Source: Thermodesulfobacteriota bacterium
GTDB taxonomy: Bacteria; Desulfobacterota; WTBG01; JAGOGO01
NCBI GenBank assembly: GCA_026625185.1
Contig: CP113000.1
Span: 465,622 to 497,621 of the forward strand
DNA length: 32,000 nt
Direction: 5' to 3'
The notes under the pieces are model-generated. The model saw nothing but the letters and a program-made list of their open reading frames with translations, was not told the DNA's origin and did no database searches. Positions 25,914 to 32,000 of the stretch are shown here, piece by piece; position 1 is the stretch's first letter; every line of letters begins with the position of its first letter. The translations under genes were made by a program, and so were the position numbers.

Positions 25914-27189
25914 CGAATGCAAGCCTCACCGAGTAAGTGAAACGGCAGAGGTCCTCAAAGCATCCAGCGCGGAGATAAACACCAAGCTAGTCAGGGAAAT
26001 ATTGTCATATACCAATTGGAACTCAATCAAGAAAATCCTAAAAGGAAAGTCCATTGACTTTATTGACTTCTTCTCGGGAGTCGGGGGGCTAACGTACGGA
26101 TTTCATTCCATAGCGGTGGAAGCGGATCTTTTCAACCTAATCGGTGCCTTTGATATCGATCAACATGCAAACAAAACTTATATTCGTAATTTCGGATTTG
26201 CCCCAAGTAATTTGGATCTCTCGTCGGCAACTATTGACCAGATTAAAAGTTGTTTGAAAACCGATAAATTAAAGAAATGGAATCCTCTGATTATCCTGGG
26301 GGGACCTCCCTGCCAAGGGTTCTCAGCACATAAAAAAAAGGACCCGCGCCTTGATCCTAGGAACTCGCTTTTGGCGAGATTTGCGGAAATCTCCGTAAAA
26401 CTTGATGCGGAACTTATTATTACTGAGAACGTTCCCGATCTTTTAGGCAAGAAGCACTGGCACCACTATCAGGCATTTCAATCTACTCTTGAAAAAGGGG
26501 GATATCACATTGCAGCTGATATTCTGAATATGGCCGAATACGGAGTTCCTCAGGAGAGATTTCGTGCTGTAATTATAGCATCGAAACATTTTGTTCCTAC
26601 CCTTCCCGAGCCACAATTGAGTCGGAGAGCTTTCAGAACCGTCCGGGATGCGATAGGTGCGCTTCCCCCATTGGAAGCGGGCGGTTTCTGTAAAAGCGAT
26701 CAGATGCATATCACGTCCAGACATAGGAAAGAAACCGTCGATTTGATTAAGAGGATTCCGAAGAACGGGGGTTCACGCCCTGCCGGTATGGGGCCTCCAT
26801 GCCTGGACAGAGTCAAAGGGTTTTATGACGTTTACGGCCGACTATCCTGGGATCGTCCTGCTGTAACGATCACAGCTCGTTGCAGAACGCCCTCTTGCGG
26901 AAGGTTTGTTCATCCTGAACAGGACCGAGGGCTTTCGGTAAGAGAGGCCGCCCTTCTTCAAGGTTTCCCTCCAAGCTATATTTTCGAAGGGCCCTTCGAC
27001 GATAAATTCAAACAGATCGGGAATGCCGTTCCGCCCATATTTTCGTTGCATCTCGCAGCTCATGTCCTTTCAATGCTGGCCGGCAAAAATCGCGGGGAAG
27101 CCGGTTGCGAGAAACTTATTCGCGAACCCCTTTTTGACTCTTATAGTGGAGTTATTGCCGGGCTTAAACGAACCAGTCATATAACTTAG
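25900..27189 (+). CDS. DNA (cytosine-5)-methyltransferase 1
   Basis: 429 aa. Motif I FIDFFSGVGGLTYGF, IV GGPPCQGFS, VI ENV, VIII QERFRAVIIA, X GNAVPP. Confidence 0.93.
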   Translation: MKSVNECKPHRVSETAEVLKASSAEINTKLVREILSYTNWNSIKKILKGKSIDFIDFFSGVGGLTYGFHSIAVEADLFNLIGAFDIDQHANKTYIRNFGFAPSNLDLSSATIDQIKSCLKTDKLKKWNPLIILGGPPCQGFSAHKKKDPRLDPRNSLLARFAEISVKLDAELIITENVPDLLGKKHWHHYQAFQSTLEKGGYHIAADILNMAEYGVPQERFRAVIIASKHFVPTLPEPQLSRRAFRTVRDAIGALPPLEAGGFCKSDQMHITSRHRKETVDLIKRIPKNGGSRPAGMGPPCLDRVKGFYDVYGRLSWDRPAVTITARCRTPSCGRFVHPEQDRGLSVREAALLQGFPPSYIFEGPFDDKFKQIGNAVPPIFSLHLAAHVLSMLAGKNRGEAGCEKLIREPLFDSYSGVIAGLKRTSHIT

Positions 27190-27197
27190 GTTTTTGC

Positions 27198-28226
27198 ATG
27201 GGAAAACCTCAAACAATCGATTGCTTCTGCGGTGCGGGAGGACTTTCTCTCGGGTTCTCTATGGCGGGTTTCGAAACTACATATGCCTTTGATTCTGACC
27301 CCGCTTGTATAAGAACCTATTCGCACAACCTTGAGGGATATGCGGAAGAAAGAGATATTGCTAGTATCTCAAAGTCTTCGATTGAAGGAATTGTGGGGAA
27401 GGCATTAGATAATTTTGATGTTGTGATGGGTGGCCCCCCCTGTCAGGGGTTTAGTGTTCAAAGGAGAGGCAACGACTCGGATCCTCGTAATAATTTGGTT
27501 TTGGAGTTTGTTCGTCTCGTACTCGAAATTCAGCCTCGTTTCTTCTTGATGGAGAATGTAGGTGGATTGTTATCCCCTCGTGGTAAACAATTCTTGAATC
27601 ATTTAAACGAACGATGCCGAAAGGCAGGATACTTCCTAACGATCGCCAAGCTAAATTCTTTTGATTTCGGAGTTCCTCAGATTAGAAAAAGAGTCTTCAT
27701 TGTGGGGGAACTGACGCAAAACGTGTTTCCTCGCTTTTCCCTCCCGAAGGGTATTAAAAATCGAATTACTTTTCCTTCAACTGTTCGGCAAGCGATTGAA
27801 GATCTTATACTCAAAACGGAAACTGAGATCCCCAACCACAAAGCGGACAAGCTCTCTGCCATCAATTTGGCACGTATCAGATCCATAGAAGAAGGAGAAG
27901 GCCGCGAGTCTCTACCGCCAGAGTTGCAGCTGAATTGCCATAATAACAATGCTGGCCATCGACACCTGGATGTTTACGGACGATTGGCTTGGGATTTACC
28001 GAGTCCTACAATTACAGCTAGATTTGATAGTTTTTCCAGAGGACGATTTGGCCATCCCATATTGGATCGGACAATAACACTGAGAGAAGGTGCCCGTCTC
28101 CAATCTTTTCCTGATGATTTCGTTTTTTCGGGAACCAAGGTTCAGGTCGCCCAACAAATCGGAAACGCTGTACCACCGCTTTTAGCTTTAGCTTTAGCGG
28201 AAAGTATAAAAACTGCTTTGGAATAG
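27198..28226 (+). CDS. DNA (cytosine-5)-methyltransferase 2
   Basis: 342 aa. Motif I IDCFCGAGGLSLGF, IV GGPPCQGFS, VI MENV, VIII QIRKRVFIVG, IX TLREGARLQSFPD, X GNAVPP. Confidence 0.93.
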   Translation: MGKPQTIDCFCGAGGLSLGFSMAGFETTYAFDSDPACIRTYSHNLEGYAEERDIASISKSSIEGIVGKALDNFDVVMGGPPCQGFSVQRRGNDSDPRNNLVLEFVRLVLEIQPRFFLMENVGGLLSPRGKQFLNHLNERCRKAGYFLTIAKLNSFDFGVPQIRKRVFIVGELTQNVFPRFSLPKGIKNRITFPSTVRQAIEDLILKTETEIPNHKADKLSAINLARIRSIEEGEGRESLPPELQLNCHNNNAGHRHLDVYGRLAWDLPSPTITARFDSFSRGRFGHPILDRTITLREGARLQSFPDDFVFSGTKVQVAQQIGNAVPPLLALALAESIKTALE

Positions 28227-28235
28227 GGGGAATTT

Positions 28236-30587
28236 ATGCTAGATCACTGGCCCTCAGGGGGGCGCGATACAACACAATTTCCTGATTTCGATATAGCTAT
28301 TGAACCAGAGGACTTCCGAAGACATCTTGGCGCATTTTGTAGGCTGGAAAACATAGGTTGGAGTGACTACCCGAAGCAGGAGGAGGTAGCGGCCCTGAGT
28401 GTCGAGCCACAACGATACCGATCTTACAGAAAATTGTACCAAAACCTAGGCCTCATTTATCGGAAAGATGAGAAGATAGGACTTTCACTCTTTGGTCAGA
28501 GATTATGCCAACTACCTTCAGAATTGAGAGCCAATCTTGACGCCGGCCTCCACGAACTAAGAAATATGGCTGTGAAAATATTATCAAGATATCAATTGTT
28601 AAATCCTACCGAGGATCAGAGAGATGACTTGCCCCCAGACTGCGATGTTCTCCCGTGTATCTGTATTTGGCAGGCCATGATCTCTTTGGATAACAAACTC
28701 CATCATGAGGAATTGAATAGGGTTATTTTGCGTGTGATGCGGATGGCTGATCTTGATATCGCTATCAAGAAAATAGAAAATGCTCGCAAGTTCGGTACAT
28801 CTTATTCGCAGCAAGATGAAAATACTTTAGCGGAAATGCTAGGTAATCCGGTACATACAAATCAACCGACAGCAAGGGTAGCCTACTGGTATTCCTTTGC
28901 AGGATGGGGCGGTCTGATCATCGAGCGCAATGCGGATTCAGAAGGCTTCAGACATCTTAATGTCGATATGCTCAATATCACACAGGAAGCCATCAAGAAT
29001 CCTCCCGGGTTTTATCAGGCCAAAGATGAGACTGATTGGGAACGATATTATATTGGTGATCTTACGACACAAGTCAGCTCCTCTGAAGCAAAAATTGAAT
29101 CGGATCTTTCGAATCTCTTGACCCACTTGATCAACGGCCTTGAGTCCGCAAACCTGAGGTTCTCAAAAAACATTCTTGCAAGATTTCTCGCAAGCTGTCT
29201 CACCAAAAGACTTATTCTGCTGACTGGATTGTCCGGATCGGGAAAGACAAAACTGGCGCAGGCTTTTGCTATGTGGATTACCGGCAAAGTGGGCACTGAC
29301 AACGATCCGTTCAAGACAGGCAGTGAAATAAAATCCGACCGCATTTCGTACCATGTCAGCTCATCAGACTCAATCTCTATTGAATTTCTTAATGCCGAAA
29401 ATGAGGAAGAAGCAACAAAAGTGTTATTGCCTCGATCTCTTATAAAAGAGTGGGCGGAGGTTATCAGAGACAACGACTTCACTCGCGAAACACCCGCCCG
29501 AACAATAAGGGAGATGGTGGGTAAAAAGACCTCTTTTTCAACTCAACTCAATTCTTTTGAAACACATCTTAAGGCGGCTGCATTTGCACTCATTGAGTCA
29601 GCCAATCAGAACGTGGGAGAGAAAGGATATGAAGTTGTTGCCGTGGGAGCAGATTGGGACAATAGCGAAAATCTTCTCGGTTATCCCGATATGCTGAGAC
29701 TGAAAGAGAAAAGCTATGTAAAGCCTTCTAATGGTATTTTGGATTTGATATTACGCGCCCGCTTCAATCCCAACCTCCCTTTCTTCTTAATCCTTGACGA
29801 GATGAATCTTTCCCATGTTGAGCGATACTTTGCCGATTTTCTCTCTGCAATGGAATCAGGGGAACCCATTAATCTTCACGAAGGATCTGAGAGGGACTTA
29901 TGGGGCGAGAATCATGAAGTTCCCGGCAAGCTTCATTTACCTGAAAATCTATTTATCATAGGAACGGTGAATATTGATGAGACGACATACCTATTTTCAC
30001 CTAAGGTATTGGATCGAGCCAACGTGATTGAATTTCGCGTTGATACAGACCAAATGGAAAAATTTCTTAGTTCCCCGGGTGGGTTGTCTCTTGAATTACT
30101 GAAAGGCAAAGGGTCAGCTTTTGGTAGATCTTTTGTAAGTGCAGCAAAGCTCGGAAATGTTGCTATCGAAAAAATCGCTCGTCATACAGAATCGGATTCC
30201 ATGCGAATCCTCTCGGAAGACGAAACCCCTTTAGATGTTGAAGAACCTGTTTCCATAAAACTCAGGAAAGACCTTTCAGAGGTATTCAACGTCCTGGCTA
30301 AGGTCGGCGCAGAATTTGGTTATCGCACGGTATTCGAGATGAGTCGATTTATCTATTATTACACTCTGATATACGGCAAGGAAGCCAGGTACCTAGATGC
30401 TTTTGATGTACAGCTTATGCAAAAACTTTTGCCGAAGTTAAATGGATCAATTCGTAAATTGGGGCCTGTGCTTGAAAGTCTCCAGGAAGTCTGCGCAAAG
30501 CATGATCTTCGGATCAGCTTGGAAAAAATCCAGCGAATGAGTCGCAACCTTGACCAAAACGGATTTACGAGTTACGCCGAGGCCTAG
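28236..30587 (+). CDS. McrB-like AAA+ (GTPase-type) restriction subunit with an unrecognised ~320-aa N-terminal domain (R1.LlaJI-like position)
   Basis: 783 aa. Walker A LLTGLSGSGKT; YEVVAVGADWDNSENLLGY (equivalent to McrB VQFHQSYSYEDFIQGY); Walker B FFLILDEMNLSHVERYF; NLFIIGTVNIDETT...VLDRANVIEF. Confidence 0.85.
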   Translation: MLDHWPSGGRDTTQFPDFDIAIEPEDFRRHLGAFCRLENIGWSDYPKQEEVAALSVEPQRYRSYRKLYQNLGLIYRKDEKIGLSLFGQRLCQLPSELRANLDAGLHELRNMAVKILSRYQLLNPTEDQRDDLPPDCDVLPCICIWQAMISLDNKLHHEELNRVILRVMRMADLDIAIKKIENARKFGTSYSQQDENTLAEMLGNPVHTNQPTARVAYWYSFAGWGGLIIERNADSEGFRHLNVDMLNITQEAIKNPPGFYQAKDETDWERYYIGDLTTQVSSSEAKIESDLSNLLTHLINGLESANLRFSKNILARFLASCLTKRLILLTGLSGSGKTKLAQAFAMWITGKVGTDNDPFKTGSEIKSDRISYHVSSSDSISIEFLNAENEEEATKVLLPRSLIKEWAEVIRDNDFTRETPARTIREMVGKKTSFSTQLNSFETHLKAAAFALIESANQNVGEKGYEVVAVGADWDNSENLLGYPDMLRLKEKSYVKPSNGILDLILRARFNPNLPFFLILDEMNLSHVERYFADFLSAMESGEPINLHEGSERDLWGENHEVPGKLHLPENLFIIGTVNIDETTYLFSPKVLDRANVIEFRVDTDQMEKFLSSPGGLSLELLKGKGSAFGRSFVSAAKLGNVAIEKIARHTESDSMRILSEDETPLDVEEPVSIKLRKDLSEVFNVLAKVGAEFGYRTVFEMSRFIYYYTLIYGKEARYLDAFDVQLMQKLLPKLNGSIRKLGPVLESLQEVCAKHDLRISLEKIQRMSRNLDQNGFTSYAEA

Positions 30588-30589
30588 TC

Positions 30590-32000
30590 GTGCCACTGCT
30601 TGAACATACTGCTGAATTCCCAGGTTCTGGCCACCCACCGATAACAATCTCAATCTATCCTAAAGTCCCAGCCGCCGGTGGACAGGATAGCCTTATAGTA
30701 ATAGACCGGTCCCTAAAATATGTTGCGGGCGAAGAAGCCGACATTCAGCTTTTAGAGTCCTGCGAATACGAATTTGAGTTAAGTTCTCCTGGCTATTTAG
30801 TGACAACATCGTATGAGTCTGACCGTATTATCATTCCTAGCCGAATAAAACGAGGTAAGCTCTCTGGCACACTTCGTCCCGGGCTATTTGTTGGTTGCCT
30901 TGACCTGCTTCTTCTAGATAACCAAAAGAATGTCATATCTAGTTTGCCGGTTGAAATCAGATCAGTGAAACTGTCTTACCGTAATGATTTTCGCAACATG
31001 TTGGATTTCATCATGGAAAAAAGCCTTGGGCTTTTACTTCAAATACGTTCTCCAGCCACAGGAATGCTCACACCAGACCCGGGCCGAACTGCAGAAACCA
31101 TTGCACAACGTTTCGCGTTTCTACGTTCATTAATAGGGTCCAGGGAGTTTCAGGACTCCATAACTCGGATAGCAGTGCTACCCCACTCCCACCTGGAGTG
31201 CCGCGAAATAAAGGTGCCTGTTTCGCGATCATTTAGAGGGACTAAGCGGACCGCAAAGGAACTTGCGAGAGGCTCTCAAAGATTGCAACTTCCTAAAGAG
31301 CATCCCCTCACTGAAATTCTTGACACAGCACCCGTATCTATTGTTATTCATCGCAAGAAAACAACAATAGATACTCCTGAAAACCGCTTCGTCAAATTCG
31401 CCCTTAGGTCATTCCTGACCTTTCTAAACCGCATGAAAAATAGGCTGGAACAGATAGGTGAAAAAACTACGTCTGCTTTATATCATGATGTGGAAGCCCT
31501 TGAGGAAAATCTTGAAGCGATCCTCTACCGCCCTTTCTTCAAGGAAATATCCGATCCGTCAATACTCTCTCTAGGTAGTCCAGTTCTGCAGCAAAAAGGA
31601 GGCTACAGGGAGCTACTTCGGGCTTGGCTGTATTTTGATCTTGCAGCCCGACTCAGTTGGTCTGGAGGGGAAGACGCTTTTAAGGCTGGTCGCAGGGACA
31701 TAGCGATGTTATATGAATATTGGGTTTTCTTCAAACTACTTGATATTATGGGTCAAACATTTGACCTCGAAACTCCTCCCGCGCAAGAACTGGTTACCGA
31801 GACGCCAGATGGTTTCGAATTGAGGTTAAAGGCAGGCGAGTATACCGTCATCAATGCCATTTGTGAGAGATTCGGAAGAAGATTAAATGTTCGTTTTTGT
31901 TACAACCGCACGTTCTCGCGTCATGGGTCTGATGGAATGACCAATTATCCGAAAGCAGGCTCATGGAGTGAAAGAATGAGACCTGACTACACCTTAACAT
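30590..32000 (+). CDS. McrC-like / DUF2357-type nuclease subunit, 5' partial (runs off the right edge; not in the ORF track)
   Basis: Hand translation from the GTG at 30590 (GAGG 7 nt upstream, 2 nt after the previous stop) gives 470 open codons. These include TPENRFVKFAL, AMLYEYWVFFKLLD and, at the very edge, MRPDYTL, the expected start of a PD-(D/E)xK motif. Confidence 0.7.
   Translation, partial: MPLLEHTAEFPGSGHPPITISIYPKVPAAGGQDSLIVIDRSLKYVAGEEADIQLLESCEYEFELSSPGYLVTTSYESDRIIIPSRIKRGKLSGTLRPGLFVGCLDLLLLDNQKNVISSLPVEIRSVKLSYRNDFRNMLDFIMEKSLGLLLQIRSPATGMLTPDPGRTAETIAQRFAFLRSLIGSREFQDSITRIAVLPHSHLECREIKVPVSRSFRGTKRTAKELARGSQRLQLPKEHPLTEILDTAPVSIVIHRKKTTIDTPENRFVKFALRSFLTFLNRMKNRLEQIGEKTTSALYHDVEALEENLEAILYRPFFKEISDPSILSLGSPVLQQKGGYRELLRAWLYFDLAARLSWSGGEDAFKAGRRDIAMLYEYWVFFKLLDIMGQTFDLETPPAQELVTETPDGFELRLKAGEYTVINAICERFGRRLNVRFCYNRTFSRHGSDGMTNYPKAGSWSERMRPDYTLT

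Larger units (their letters stand above)
19524..32000 (+). mobile_element. Integrative element (satellite/PICI-like or small genomic island) inserted at tRNA-Arg. The right end is beyond the window.
   Basis: A tRNA 3'-half att remnant, then integrase, an AlpA-like gene, a primase-polymerase/helicase and R-M cargo, all on the plus strand. Composition is visibly more AT-rich than the adjacent ndvB. Confidence 0.75.

Overview
The window has three parts.

(1) 1-9.2 kb, minus strand: an operon kaiC-kaiB-kaiB-(PAS/sigma54 enhancer-binding protein). There is no kaiA and no histidine kinase in the window. The operon runs straight into a -24/-12 sigma54 promoter, with twin palindromic upstream sites. 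That promoter drives a cassette of small stress and envelope proteins (lmo0937-type, BON lipoprotein, Spy/CpxP-like, CsbD), followed by a B12-binding radical SAM gene. Nt 1-476 are identical to 6142-6617, which is the signature of a 6,141-bp tandem duplication of this module.

(2) 9.9-18.6 kb, minus strand: one 2,912-aa cyclic beta-1,2-glucan synthase (NdvB/Cgs type). It is bracketed by long non-coding gaps. Each gap holds a displaced tRNA 3' half (Val-UAC at ~9.45 kb, Arg-ACG at ~19.55 kb).

(3) 19.5-32 kb, plus strand: a visibly more AT-rich integrative element. It encodes a tyrosine integrase, a WEFLRRN-motif protein, an AlpA-like excisionase/regulator and a primase-polymerase/helicase. Its cargo is vsr plus a LlaJI-like four-gene restriction-modification operon: two C5-cytosine methyltransferases, an McrB-like AAA+ subunit, and an McrC-like nuclease cut by the window edge.

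A ~190-bp diverged repeat lies upstream of both kaiC and vsr. No rRNA, intact tRNA or CRISPR array was seen. The gene content (heavy use of sigma54 activators, radical SAM) suggests a Desulfobacterota-like host, but this is a weak guess.
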